Shown here: positions 14,101 through 29,100 of the stretch, piece by piece
Layout of the letters: every line of letters begins with the position of its first letter
Numbering within the stretch: position 1 is the stretch's first letter
NCBI RefSeq assembly: GCF_052425735.1
Contig: NC_135760.1
Location: 124,001 to 188,000, forward strand
DNA length: 64,000 nt
From: Oculina patagonica
Taxonomy: Eukaryota
Reading direction: 5' to 3'
Made by a program: the position numbers and the translations under genes
The notes under the pieces: model-generated
What the model saw: the letters and a program-made list of their open reading frames with translations, nothing else
The model's database searches: none
What the model was told of the DNA's origin: nothing

Positions 14101-17100
14101 CTGAGCAAACCCCTTTTATAGTTTTACGAAAGTAGCTACACCCCGATCTTTGCAAAATTCCGAAAATAAAGATAGAAAAAACCTTTAGTTTGTGAGTTAA
14201 GGTTGTGATAGATAAATACAGGTAACCTTGTTTTGCTCTTGTCTTTATTAACATCTCATCACCATTTTTTTGATGTCGTTACCAGGCAACCCTTGTTGAC
14301 GCTTCACTGGATGACATTGAGGAGAGAATAAAATCCGTGAGTAAACTATAAAAACTTAGATTCTTGTTTAAAGTTCGAAAAAGAATTCATGTCGGTTCCA
14401 GGTTGTTTATCAGTTACCCATTTATTCTCCTCGGTGGAGAGAGGCACTGCTTGAGTGAAAGTGACTTACCCAACAACACCGGAGATTGACGAACTTTTAA
14501 GGCCCCACACATCCCACACTTACTGTTAGATATACTTTAAAATTCATACAAGCCATTCCAGACGTAGTTTAAAAGATTGGTGCAAAAGTCGCTTACCTTA
14601 AACCAAAAACACTGGGGAACCGAGTTGGTGAAAAGAGGGCAATTGGCTTTCTGTGTTCGCTGTAATATAAGATAAGATAAGAAACTGTATTTAAGTGTCA
14701 AAAAGTATGGCAGACATAATATAGGCGTGGGTTTTACAGTGGAACCTCGATTTAACGAACCTCTATATAACGGAGTCCTCGGTTTAACGAAGGATATTCT
14801 TCAGCCCGGCCAAAGTTAGAGAAAAATGTATGGAACAGGACCTCGATATAACGAAATCCTCGTTATAACGAACACAATCCCGAAGCCCAAACGTAAAATG
14901 TATCTCGATATAACGATTTTCAGTCAACACGTGACAAAATATGAATGCGAAACACACCAACAAGGATGAAAATCCTTTAATCCGATCGAGGATTTCGATA
15001 TAACGAACCCCTCGATATAACGAACAAATTTCATCAGTCCTTTGGCACTTCGTTAAATCGAGGTTCCACTGTATTTCGCTTTTTCGTTGCTGACCCAATT
15101 TCTCATTTCATTCGTTCTTAATCACAGGAGGAGGAAGTTGGAGACACTATTGATAATGAAACCCGAAGGAAACACTTCTACCAGATTGAAAAGTCCCTTG
15201 TGGTAAGTGAATTTACTCTTTGTCTCTAATACCTCTTACTTTATTGTCGAGTACGGACGATTTTAAAATGTGATTGTTTCGATTGCTTGTAAAATACCTT
15301 AGAGAAGTTAGTATAGCAGAAAACAAAAATTCCTCAAGAAAAAGTCTAATCCTAAGTTGAACAGTAGCATTTGTACCGCTTTCTTCATTAAACGCATTAT
15401 TTAAAGGGGCGAGCCGGAGGAAGGAGTTTTTGTTGAACTTTCAACAAGTAACTTCTACAAGGAAGTGTAGATTTTCATGCATAAATTAATGTCTTGCCCT
15501 TGGGGGTATCGGTAAATCGTATTCTGTTAATTGTCTTTTATACAAATCCTGCAGATGTTCGAGTCCAGTATCAAGCACATGATATCCGGTGTGGACATTC
15601 TAATCGCTGGACGGTACGCACGAACTGAGGAACTCAGAATCAAGTAAGTGAGATAAATAGTTAATCCAGAAACGAGGAAATAAAGACGATGATCTTAAAT
15701 ACCTATCACTTGCGGGTAGTCACGTTCTCAGTTCCATACATTTATTTGCAAATTTACCCTGGGGTTTTAGACTCCATCTTGCACAAAAAATGTGATTGTG
15801 ATAAAACTCTGGCAAGTAAACTGCAAAAACTGCAAAACCGTGCTGCGCGTATCTTGACCTCTTCTTCCTACGATGCCAATGCTGATGATCTTATTGCAAG
15901 ACTTGGCTGGAATAAACTCGATGTCCAATTTAAATTTAAAACAGCCGTCATGGTATATAAATCACTCAATGGTCTTGCACCTGACTACCTGAGGACAATG
16001 TTTTCTAATAGAAGCGATACGTGTACCTATTCACTGAGAGGGTCCACGGGTAAACTAACTGTTCACTGCCCCGCACTAATTTTCTTAAAAACAGTTTTAG
16101 CTATAGAGGTGCGGTGCTGTGGAACAGTTTACAAACTCTCACTAGCTTTAAATCCGGCTGCAGCAGTTTCGTTTTTGGCTAGAATCACAGTAATTATTAA
16201 CAACACACGGCATTCATGGAAAGCAGGCATTTCTTTTATTATAATTTATTATAATTAATCATTGTAGACGACTAATGTAATTTAAATTTATTTATTATGT
16301 AAAATAGGTCTTAAGTAATTTTAAATATTGGATTATGTATTTTAAGCCCTGATGATTTTTACCGTGTTGAAATAAAGTTTACAACAACAAATGCCGGTTT
16401 GGTAAAAAAAAAAGCCCGGAACTGCCATTAACTAGCATCCTATCAAGGGGGGAGTAGCAATACTCTAAGTCGCTTAATGCTACGGAACTGGATTATGCCG
16501 GCATAAGTGAGTCATCTAGCTCCTCCGATTAAGATAAGAGTGAATTTTTCTATAACCTGTCGTGTATTTCTGTTATCTGTAGGGTCCAGTCCATTGAAAG
16601 ACGCTGGTCTGAGATGAAAGATCGCTTGGAAGCGCGTTCCACTAAAGTTCTCACTTACCAGACTTTTAGCACGACAGACGGCAAGAAAATGAAACTGGAG
16701 TTACCTGTAGAAAAAACTGTCGTGTCCACAGAAGAAACAACACCCACATCAGAGTATCCCGACGAGGAGGGGGTCAGGACAAGAAGGAAAGTCATTACTA
16801 TCACTAAGAGAACCTACCGCTCCTCAGGGGGTACCCCCACGGAAACAAGGACAACTGTCGCTCGCATCATGTCTGCCGAGGGCTTAAATGACGGTAAGTA
16901 AAGAAAACAGCGTTGCGATATAACGTCCGTTTTGATTTGTTTGGAGCATTGAAAGGTTAAATTTGAGTTTGTTGCTAATGAAAAAGTTTCTGTTTTTAAA
17001 AACAAATCGCAGACGAAAGCGGAGCCTCGCCCCAGGGCCGCACTCGGGTGAAGATGAAGTTCGGCATGGAGGAGGGAACTGGGGATAAATCACAGCGGTT

Positions 17101-20100
17101 AGATGCAATGCTTGTTTGGATAAGAGAAACAAAGGTATGGATTAAACAACAAGGGCAACAAAACGGGTACCGAATAAGCTTATATAGACGCCTTTGGTGT
17201 TTTGTTTTTTTTCTGTATAATTTAGGGGGGGTGGAGAGTATGCGATTTTCCTTAAAAATAAAATTGTTACGTGACCATACGCAATAGCCACATGTTGCTA
17301 TGCTGACCAACTGAGATTTTTCTTTCCATGGGCTCAGTTGATTCTGAGAAAAACTAAAACGTGTTTCTTGTTTTTGTCAAGCAAAGAATCCTCTAGAATT
17401 GCATGTATTTTTTTAAACCGCTTTGAAAAAATAAAACAGTTTTTAATATTCTGTCGTCCGCTTATTTTGAAGGTTTTTCGGTAATTTTAATTCCTTCCAC
17501 TCGGCTAAAGTCAATGCGTTTAAGGCCTCATTACTGATATCAGGTATTAAAGTTACTTTGAAGTTTCACAATTTTGTAAAGTTAGGAATTAAATTGAGTT
17601 TAAACTAAGGTTTTTCTGAAATTTTCCTGTAACGTCTGCAAAAGCAAGGATTATAGCATGTTTGAGCAGATATTTTTATATTGTTAACGTGCACAAAAAG
17701 ACGTTGAAAGGATTACTGTAAAAAGAAATAAAGATTTCGAGATGAGGAATTTGTAATTAGAACGGCGAAGATACGACGATATATCTGAAAACGTGATAAA
17801 GTTTACAAATGCTACGATTTCCTCTCATAAGATAACTTTTATTTTCGAAAGAATATATTTCTCGATACTTGGTCGAGCAAGGTTTTTTTGTTTTCGTATA
17901 ATCCAGGCACATTTTCATAATGTTACTTTGCCGTAATTTATTGAGAATTTCGTCAAAATATTATTCATTTCACATATTTGCGGTTATCCTCAGTGAAGTT
18001 GTTTATCTTGACAAAATGATACATTACCAGCAGGTACTCTACTGCATGTCTAATTATCTCTCAGTTATGCATTCATTTATTTGTTTTAACTCGCCGTTTT
18101 GGCAAAGGCAGTGGCAGGTATAAATTTTGCAACGCAACTGGCGACAAAATGTCGTTAAGATGCACGTATGTTTGTTATCCTAAAGAAGTAACTTCCTTTA
18201 ATCAACTGTAATATGCTTGGCTGTAACAATATGCCTCTCTTGGATATAAAAACGCGGTCTCGCGAAACTCAGGTACTCTTTTTTACACAGTGCATGTTTA
18301 AATATTCTTCACTTAGCAGAGATTTTTAACGATATTTTATTGACTACTGTTGAACCCCTATTGTTACCAAACTGGGCTTGAAATAAACTCAAGTCTAATT
18401 TGTAACGAGTGTTTCGCTATTGTGTTAGTATTTAAATGACCAAATACTTAAGGGTCTTGGTATTCTTTTTTTAATAAATCATGTCGGGCCATTAACTTCA
18501 TGGGAAGGCACTTAGCAGTGGTTAAGTAAAAAGGGTCGTGTTAATATGTATAACTTGTTAAATTTTGGCTCAATACGTCGTTTGGCGCTTTGGGCGGAAA
18601 GGAAAGTCTTAGAATTTATCTTCCTGCCTATCTGTTAGCAATCTTGTTAACTCTTGTACGCTGTCTGTATCTTGCGTAAATGTATATGTTTACTCTTGAA
18701 TTTACGACTCATACAATTGTTTCTATTGTGCACAGGGACGCCATCGAAAAGGAAGACTTTGGTCTGGATTTACCATCTGCACAGAGACACCAACAAAACC
18801 ACCATGTACAACACGATGCCGTGCTCGCCTTCCAAGACGAACTTGATAAAATCAAAAAACTCGAGGTCAGAGTAACTATTTTAGTACTGCAAAAATGTCG
18901 TACCTTATCGAAACTTTAAATTTTTGATGAATTGAAATCTAAAAACTCATTTGTTACGCTAACTGAGGGCTGATGATAAAAATATCATTTCCTCTTACTG
19001 TAAACTGTATAATTGAGTTAATGTCAGTTCTGAGAATTAGTGGTACAGTACATCAAAGCAGTATCTTCAAGGTGATGATTTTTTTTATTCACATCAGCTA
19101 TTTGGAGGAACATGGATGGCGCAGTAGTGAGAGCGCTCGCCTCCCGCCAATGTGGCCCGGGTTTGATTCCCGGACCCGGGTCATTTGTGGGTTGAGTTTG
19201 TTGCTGGTTCTCGACCATGATCCGAGGGTTTTTCTCCGGTTTTCCACCCTCCGCAAAAACCAACATTTCTAAATTCCAATTCGATTGGGTATCTAAGGGC
19301 CACAGGTTTGTCAATACCGTAATCTATTTATTATTCTGTTTTGATTTAGGCTGAGGACAGAAGTCTTCATGATAAGATCATAGAAATCCACGAAGAATAC
19401 GCAGCCCTTGTGGTACGTTTTTTTTGTTGCTATATCTGTGTCCTTTGTCAATCAACGATCTGCGATTCAGCCCCAAATAACAAGCACTTGCACTTGATCA
19501 TTAAATGTGATATCAGCGTTTTACGGTCACTGTAGCTTAATGTACACGAGTTAATATAAAGTATGCACCCAAACGTTCATCGTAGGTCACACCTTGCCCC
19601 CCCCCCCCTACTCCCCACTCGGAATATTTTATCAGGATAACCTTACGGTTTACCAACGCACATTTATATACTCACATGTGAAGAGAGGCACTAAGAGAGT
19701 AAGGTGTCTAGCTCAAGAACGCAACACAATGTTCCCGGCTTACCCTTAAATCTGCGGATTCAGCGCTCCTGACGTTCGAGCATTGGAAAACATTACCATC
19801 AAAGAATAGGGTTACCAACTAACTTTATCTGGCTCGTCACGCAATCTCTTGGATAGCATAAAAGAAGGATAGCGTGACGAGCCAAAAGAAAGTCAGAGTG
19901 AGGCGCGCTCCGAAGATCTAAAGTATTTTAGCTGTTATTATTGTTCACTGATAAAATGTAAATTTTGTATCTTGTAGAAATGTTCTGTGAATCGCATTAA
20001 TTATCTGAAGAGTCTGGTCGCCTTCATGGGCGAAGCTACCAAAGAATTGATCTGGATGAACCAACGAGAGGAGCCGGAGGTGTCACGTGACTGGTCTAGT

Positions 20101-23100
20101 ACTGATCTCAACATAGAAGAGCTGCAGGCACATGGAGAGGTATGACCGTAGAACTTAGGAGGGTGGGGTCAGTAAGGAGTAAGAAATATGTTGCTTAAAA
20201 TTGTGATTGCCTTTTGTTCTAGAATCTTGAGTTTGACGTTCGAGAGAGAGAACCACACTATAACATGCTTCTGACAAAAGGAGACAATTTGATGCAGACC
20301 GGACACCCAGCACCGGGCCCGATTGAGGTGAGATTAGTTAATGCTACTTTAAAGCAATGGGGCCAACATTGAAAAATACCATTGTTAGAAGAAAACAGTC
20401 CTTCCCCAGTAGATCGTGGAGAAATTTAAGTTGAGCCGGAGAATGCTTGACCTGAGCAAAGCCCTCAGCCGCGCTGTCCAAGAAGGGAGGCTTTATTAAT
20501 TTAATGTTGATTTCTTTTTAACTCCACTTAGGCGTACCTGAATGCCATGCGAAGTCAGTGGTGGTGGTTAAACCAGCTTCTTATCGCCTTCCAGAAGCAC
20601 GTTAGGAACGCAGAAATGTACCAACAGGTTCGAATAGTAGTGTACTGCTTCCACACCTTAAAGCTTTCCATCAAATTTTTGATATCACGATGACACCTTT
20701 TTATTGGTTTTTCATGGCATTGCTTGGCCAATCAAGAACCAACATAGTCAAAGAAGAGAAAGCGTCAAAAGTAGACACGTGACGATAAATGTTGGCGCTG
20801 ATTGGATGAAAAGTTTGGAAAACCAACAAAAAGATGTCAAAGAAAGTTCTCACAAATTTATCACGCAACGGTAGTCCTCATGACTGTAACACAGGCTTTT
20901 GCTACTGTCCACTTCTAACACTGCGAAAGGTTTATTAGTAATATGTAGATTCTCTATTTGATTATTTTTGTGGATATTTTGAAATTTATAAAGGGCAAGC
21001 AAAGTATGTTGTAATGAATATATTTTTTTAATACGTTATCAGTTAAATTTCCTTTCAATGTACCTATAGGTTTTTAGTAAAAAGAAAAATGGTTATTCCA
21101 AAAGTTCATTTCGACTTAAATCTCCTGTTTATAAGGAATGTTTTTCTCGAATAACGTCAGGTTTTCAACATTTCGTATACCCTGTGTTCCACGAAACGTT
21201 TTTTTATGCTTATTACTTGAATCTCCATTTTAACTTTTCAAAGACAAAATGTATTTTTTTATTGTAATATACAGTATTTCCAAGACGCGCATACCACAGA
21301 GCAAAAGATGATTCAGTTGGTTGAACGACTGAACAGTGAATATGATGTACAGAACATCTCCACACGTGATACCGCTGAACAGGCCTTGAACAGGCTCACG
21401 GTAAGTGATTTGCAACTTGAAAACTGAATTGCTTAGCACTATGAATGTCAAAATAAGCCCTATGCAGGCTTAAGTCTTTGTAACTGCTTTATACGTGAAC
21501 TTGTTTCTACTCATTTGAAATCGCCTTTGATTTACTACTACCTTGCCTATCCGTATCTTCCTCCCACGCGCGCCCATTGAAAATAAAGTTCTGTTAAAAA
21601 AAACTCCTGGACGCCTCTTGGTGTGGTTATTGGACAGTTACAGATAAATCAATTCTTTGTGCACTTCCATACGTTACTTATTTCCCGAAACTGAACGCCA
21701 TGCGGTGAGAACTGTGTTCCGAGAGTAGTAACGTCCCATGATACGTTTCGAATTTAGCAGTCTTTTTCTTTTGCTACATTCAGCGTTTCTTTTCTTTCAA
21801 AGGGTCACTCCTTTTGGGTTGTTAACAAAGTATATCGTATCTGGACCGATTCAACTTAAACAAAATCGTCACAAACGTAAAATTACTGACACAAAATGTT
21901 TTGAATAAAATTCGAAGCAATCAGTCATTTCCCGTAAAGCTATATTTACGGATGTGAGCCGTTGTAGAGAATTTTTGTAAGCTCTCCTCTTGATATCGAA
22001 TATAACGTTTTTGTATTTTTCTTGGATTAAGGAACAGTCAAGGATCACAAAGAGGTGGTACCTGTATTATATTCCCGATATTTTTATTTTTTTATTATTT
22101 ATCAAAAATCAAGTCACTTTTTGACGTTGTTAATTTCAGAGGGTGGTTGCTTTGGGAGGAGGGGGTGTTACCACCGCAGGCGAGTCTAGAAAGCGTGGGA
22201 ACAGTTATAACTAAGTGAGCACCAACTGAAACACGTATCGTCTTGCACAAAAAATATCACAGTATTCAGGAGCTGACCTGCAATGAACTAGTTTAGTAAC
22301 AAATGGTATCCAAGGGTGAGTTGAAATACTCCAAGTCCTTATGTTCAAACCCACTTACTGGGACATCCGTGGCCAGCTGTGACCTGCGGCGATGGAAGAA
22401 ACTGGACATGAGAAAGGCTGATTAAATAAAAGCAGTTTTGGGTCGTTGCTTAGTTTCAGTGACTCTCTTCTTTGTAATTTTGGCGTCAAATGGAAATAAC
22501 TTTTTTTAAATAGTCTGAACATCTTGTCACTGCAATCATATATACTGGAGAAAGATACTGTCATTTGTTTCAAATCTCGTGAAAGTAGCGTAAAAAAGGC
22601 TTGAAACAATGTGTTCAGTGTGGAGGCGCCTGGTAGGCGTGAATTTGCATGAAGCCTGAGGCAAGTTCAATCTAGAACCTACTTTGAAATAATATATGCG
22701 TCCATTAAAAAATAAAACGATATGACCCGGGCACATTGACAGCTGTTTCGAATCTATCGAAGTCTCTAGCTTCGAAATTGAAATTACGCGTGATTAAAAT
22801 ATTAACTCGTGTGAGGTCTCACGTTAGCCAACGCCTTTCGTCTGTTTAAAAAGAAGAAAGAGATGCCTGCTCGCGGCTAATAGACAAACAAAACGTGTAA
22901 GAGAGAAAAGCTTTTGTTTGCGACAGGGTTCACTGACGCTTCACAAATGGTTTGCGAAATGCGAATTGTTCATTATCTGGTTACCACTTGCACTTATTTG
23001 CATAATAAACAAACTCTTGTTCGTCTTTTTACTACAATTTAATTTATAATAAAAGTCTTTTATTAAATGTTCATGAACTGTAGTTCTTTCCCTAGTACAC

Positions 23101-26100
23101 TTGCCGCTCAAGTTAGCTGGTTTTCTTAGAAATCATGGTATAAAAGTGCTGGCTATAAAGAACTCGTTATTTCAAAAACTTGGTGACGTAACATTTGATC
23201 GATTTAATTTCGCGCGACATTTTACAAATTTCTAGTTTATATTGATCTTATTTCGCGGTCATTTCACGCAGTTATTTGGATACCGCTTACAACTTCTGTG
23301 GTTTTATAGACCTGATTAGTGACATGAAAAACAAATTTGTGAGTACTTTTGCATTTTGTAGTTATTAATATTTCAATGTGGTGATTAAAATTCAAAATCT
23401 TTGTCTCTCAATTTTGCGTGTCGGGTTTCTACGTTAGTTTACGCGCGCGTATCGCATTTGCTATCGCTGGTATGTTTACTCGGAACGTCTGAGGGCGAAA
23501 TTGCAACATGGTAAACGGGAACCTTTCTAATGCTGGGAAGTAAGTCCAAAGGCTAACACTGGGGACAATTTTTGCTGAAAATATGAAGCGACTGATTGAT
23601 TTTGGATGCAGGAATCCGTGACTACCTGTGATGTTGCATTCAGTCAGGTCAAATCCACGTGTTGGCAAGCAGACTGGAGAACTTAGCACTCTGCTTCTTC
23701 GAACTTTGATTTTACATGGAAACGGCGGCATCAGAGGTCTAGCCATAACATATGCAAAAAGGCGCTGGACAAATTTTACTGCAATCTAAATAATCTTCGC
23801 GAGAACGCTATCTCGAAAGTTCAAAAATGTGTGTTGTCTTGCATTGGAATCCACTGCCACTTCTGTTGTTCATTTTGTTTACATCGGCTGTTGTCGCTGT
23901 CGTGGCGTTAATGTCACTTTTGTACTTCATTTACCGATCGAGGGACGAAAATAAATTACATGGACACCGACCTCGAGCGGTTTCCATAAGGACAGCGAAC
24001 ACTCCGCGAATATTTTTCTCCACACTGCTGTACCCTATCAGCTGGGTTTCGCAAATGATCAAAAATCCTTGCACCCGTGTTTATTTTGCAATCAGACGTA
24101 CACTCCACAGTGCTGCTACTGTAGTTAGATGGCGAACAACGCAGCACTCGACCTTCGATCACGACCAACTGATTCACAACAGTCGCTGGCAAAAGTTTCT
24201 ACGGGAGAGAGTGCTTCCTGCTTCGGAAGAAGCAGTTCACGCTGGAATTCCACTGGAAAATTTTCCTATTGTAAGACAGTCTCAAATGGGGACAATTATT
24301 GCATATTCTTTGGAGTACATACGCGATGTGTTCGCTCGAAAAGTTGACGAAAGCAGTGTTTCTGCACCGAAAGAGCGTTATGTGTTGCTTCTTCGCGGGC
24401 CGAAGACAGAAAGTGAAACAGAGTTGGAACCAAAGTTTAAAGATGTTGTCACAGACATGCTCCAGTTTAAGCAGGTAATTTTGCTATTCCTGTGTCCCTC
24501 CATAAAGTTTTTGATTGATTATCTCGAGTAGTCAAGAAGTGTGAAAATTTTGGCAAAAGCGGTCCGTCACGGAAATTGTTATTTGTGTCTGTGCCTTGCA
24601 AAATTTGCATGCCATGTTGTGATCGTTAGCACGCTCCGGTTGGCGCGATATTTCGTTACTGATCATTTTCCCGGGATGAATCGATGAATGCGATTTGAAA
24701 ACTCGAGAAATAGATGTGTGGGTCTTCTGATATTAGAACAGAAGTTGTTATATCATTTCTGTGTAGGTCTCTGCTGTTATTATTGAGTCGAATCGTCGAT
24801 TTGTAATTTGTAAACAGCGAAAGCGACATGTTTCGCGTGAGTAATTTTCCCATGGTGTTAATTTCATGCGGTGAGGTTCTTTTCGGACACGCGCGCTGCT
24901 CGTTCCAAAGACAGCAAGCGGTTCTATTTAATAAATCACCAAGTATGTGTAAATATTTGTTGAAGATTCACTTTCGAAGAACGTTTTATTGTCTTGTGAA
25001 TTTTTTCCACTCTGGTATTAAATTTAATTATGGTTCTCGAATTGTCTCTCTCTCGCTTTAATATCAAAAAGTCTTGCTTATCGTTTTCAGTTTGGAAATA
25101 GTTTTTTTTCTGTTTCTTTTCGTTTTATTGACTGGTGCACAAGATGGTGTTATTTCAGGGAAAAATAGAATATTCTTGTTCATGTTTTGACTTGCATATT
25201 TTAAAAAAAGTTTTATATTTATGCAAATGTTTTTAAGATCACAGAACATTGCAAAAGGATTTATTAATCGTTTTGGGTTAAAAGTGTATATATTTTATGA
25301 ATTGTACCCTTTTGATTTCAATATACACAATGCGCAAGTTTGCAATAGTCTAAAAAAGTAATTTTGAAATCTTTTTTAAAGAAGGAAATATGTGTTAAAC
25401 TCAGTCCCTTACATTTTTAAAGCCCAATGTAGAATAATTAATACCAATGTGTCCTATTCTTGTATTAGGGTGAAAACCCTATCAGCGACCCTAGCTTAAG
25501 TTGGCTTTGCAACTTGATCAGTACATGTTACAATCTCTAATGAGAAAGTTATACCGCTTAGGTTTCTGAATTCACTCTCAGCCATATTGATAGGGAGATT
25601 TGGTGAATTGGATAATTAGTTAGGTTCTACAGCTACTATCTTCTCCTAAAGCATTTTTATTTGGTATGAATTATAAGATGAAAAAAATTGCTGTTTTTAA
25701 TCAGGAAAGTGTGGTGTTTGACAAATTAACATCATAATGGTAGTCGGTAATATCACATTCACAAAAGATGATCCTGATGACCTTTAAAGAAAGTTATGCC
25801 TGATGGTAGAGGGTGTTATAAATGTCTTTAATTTGCATTGTGATCGCTATAAATCGGTTTATTTCTTTTGATGTAGAAATGGTCACAGTGTTAATAACTG
25901 TTAAAACAATATTATTGTTGGTGTCCCTTGCAGACGGGTTACATGCCATAATCACTTGTGTCTTATGCATTCTTGTTTTGTGGTGCTCCTTATGGTCTGC
26001 TTCCATTCTTTAATTTCCTGTTACTTTATTACTAATGATCCAATAGTCGGTATAGAACCCATAAGATCCATTTACATAGCTTAAAAAAACAAAAGGGCAC

Positions 26101-29100
26101 AAATGATAATGTGTGGTTCCAGAAAATATCCATACCCTCCCCTTGGAGGGTCATTGGAAATTCCAAGGGGAGGGGAGGTCATAGACATAAAATGTTAAAA
26201 GAATGTATGAAGTTTAACTGGAACTTCCAGAGGGGAGAAGGGGTTGAAACCAAAAATGGTCTGTGGGGTGAGTGAATGCATTTTCTGGAACAAAACAATG
26301 AGTTCAACGGGTTCAGCTTGCATGGATCATTCAAGTGTTCCTCATTGCCAATTTATCAGAAATAAGCAGATTATTCTAACATTACAAAATTGTTTGTGAA
26401 ATAACATATTCAATAAGGATGAAGATGAAGATATTACAAAGCAAGATTTGTTTTTCTTTGTGCCCAGTTTTTTTCTTACTGAACCTGACATACTGCCACT
26501 TAAACTTCCTGTCATATTTTCTACAGATTTCTCTCTTGCACTCTCTCTTGCACTCTCTCTGAACAGATCACTTTTAATAATTAAAAGCTAATTTATTTAA
26601 CAATTGTTGTTCATCACTAACACCTCTTAAAGCACGAGTCAAATCCTGATATACTGATCTCTTGGGCACTGTTTTCAGACGTGTGCTGCAGACTGCAATG
26701 GTGAATCCAGACCTTCGGATGGGGGGGGGGATCATCCAGACCCCAGACGCTAGAAAAAAAGGGGGATGCTCTCAAAAATATATTTTCTCAACGCCCTTCG
26801 GGCCTCTGTTTGTTCCAAAAATACGGTGGCGCCAGGGCACCCTGGGCTTCTCACCTAGATCTGCCTCTGGACTGTGTTTTCAATGCAGTTTTGGGTCATG
26901 ACACTGTGTCAGTTGGATACTGCCTCTGTGTAAACAATGCCTTGATTACTTGACAATATACAGTAGAAGCCCGGTAACTCAAACTCTGAAGGGAAACAAA
27001 AAACAGTTCGAGTTAGCGGGGTTTCGAGTTATCGCGGTCGATTGAATATTTAATTTGCAAAGTTAATAATTGATAGTTTACTGATATTTCAGCACTTCAG
27101 TATACAGTACAGTGCAAATTAAACTTATGTCGTCAGAAACTCTTAACACGATCATAAATTCTTATGATAAGAGTGGAAAAGGCTGTCAAATACGTGATCT
27201 GTTCGTTGCTCTAATCAATGGGCATCCGTGGTGAGTTGCAAGAACTGGAATTCAAGTTATCGGGGTAAATTTTACCCAAATTTTGATCAAGGGAAACAAA
27301 ATTAAGTTTGAGTTAGTGGGGTTTTCGAGTTATCCGAGTTTGAGTAAACCGAGTAAAAATGACTGAAAAGTGGAGTCAAATCCAAGGGAAATGGAAGTTA
27401 GTTCGAGTTAGCAGGGTTGTTCGAGTTATTCGAGTTTGAGTTACCGAGGTTCTACTGTATTGATATCGTTAGGAGAAAGTTGGTGTTGGGGATCCTCAGG
27501 AATTAACATTATTACAATTTATTTTTATACCAGGAAATGAAACAAGAACTAGTGGACTTTAAAGATGTCATAAGCTCTTTACAACTTCTGAGTAAGAAGG
27601 TGGTACCCTTGCCGCAAAGAAAATCTAAACTGAAAAGCAAACTTCTCGTTGAACCAGTGTGCAGTTACAAGAACATGCAGGTGAGTCTGGTATGCACTTA
27701 TTGACCTCATGGGAGAACTGAGCATGGAAAAATAACAGAGAATTATTTAGCTGATAGCTTTTCAGTTATGGTGCACAGACTGATTATAGCCAGGTCTGTG
27801 CGTCATGAATGAAAGCTGAATACTTTCCCATCCAGCTCTGCCTTTAAAGTCTGCAAGTCTTTTATCACACTTCTTTGTGTTAACTTGATTTTTTGAAAAG
27901 TTGTAAAAACATTTTGGTGATTGTTGAATTTACATGTGCAGTGAATGAATATCTCAGGTATGTGGGGCTGGACTTGCGTTGAAAATGTAAACACACGGCA
28001 CTTGGTTTGATATGCATTAATTGTTTTTTCAGAATATTGTCAACAAAGGTGAAGAGTGTCTTCTGTTGGATAACTCTGAACATCATTCTTGGAAAGTATG
28101 TATTTTTATTAATTACATGTATATTTTTTTTTAAACATTATTTCAAATAATCATCGAAAAGATATTACTGTAAGTATTTCAACTTAAGATACCGGTAAGC
28201 TCACATCACATTAAGGTTAAGACAGACAGACAGATGGTCATTCAGGCAGGTAGTCAGTCAGTCAGACACTGAAACACGGCCCTTTAGGGGTTTGATTTGC
28301 AGGGTCGTTCAGATGTTTTGTTCTTCTCAAAGTTTTCTTAATGTTATGGACCTCACTGAATTGCTTTACTTAAACTTATTACACTCCTTAAACTGTGATT
28401 AAATGATTTAATGACTTGACGCCTGTCTCCCCAGATCACAAATGCCAGCAGTAGACAGTGTGAAGTGCCATCAGTGTGTTTTGTTATTCCTGCTCCAGAT
28501 GTAGAGGCAACAGAATTTTCAACAAGGTAATGCTTTTAAAATGTGATTTTTATTGATGCTGTAAAAGTACTGTACAATTCAAATTACTGTACTAGTGTAA
28601 GAATTAAGTAATATATTTGATATTATAAGAACCATGATTTGTTCACAGTAAGTTGTTGCTGATGGTAGCAAATCAAACCTCTTGATGTTTATGTGTAAAG
28701 ACATTTTGATGACTTACTTTGGCTGAAAAAAAAATTAAAGTGAATCAAGAGGGATTAATTAATTTTGTTTCTGTAATATGATCTGCAACTGTTCATTTAT
28801 TTTTTTCAAAATAAATGAGTTTAAGATTGTCCATCACAAGGTATGTTTTACTGTGCTACACCAGTAATTTTTCCACATGTTTGTCTACCCAGGCTAGAAA
28901 TACAGTACAAACATTTATTAACACTTTGGAGAACAAGACATTGGAATCTCAAGCAAGCCCTCAGCAAAGAACAAGTCTTCACAAATGTGAAGGTGATCAA
29001 ATCCACATCTCCTGAAAAGGTACATCAACACAACTTACATACTTGTAGGAGGGTATCTTTGGTATGGGTGGAATGGGGTAGAGGGATCAGGCATGTAATG

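Noticed and set aside
15689-16258. 189 aa ORF as a host gene or spectraplakin exon
   Set aside because: It is a frameshifted LINE ORF2 C-terminal remnant; the flanking exons (15643, 16583) join in phase without it.
19104-19190. tRNA gene
   Set aside because: A and B boxes are present, but there is no convincing cloverleaf and it continues into a SINE body.
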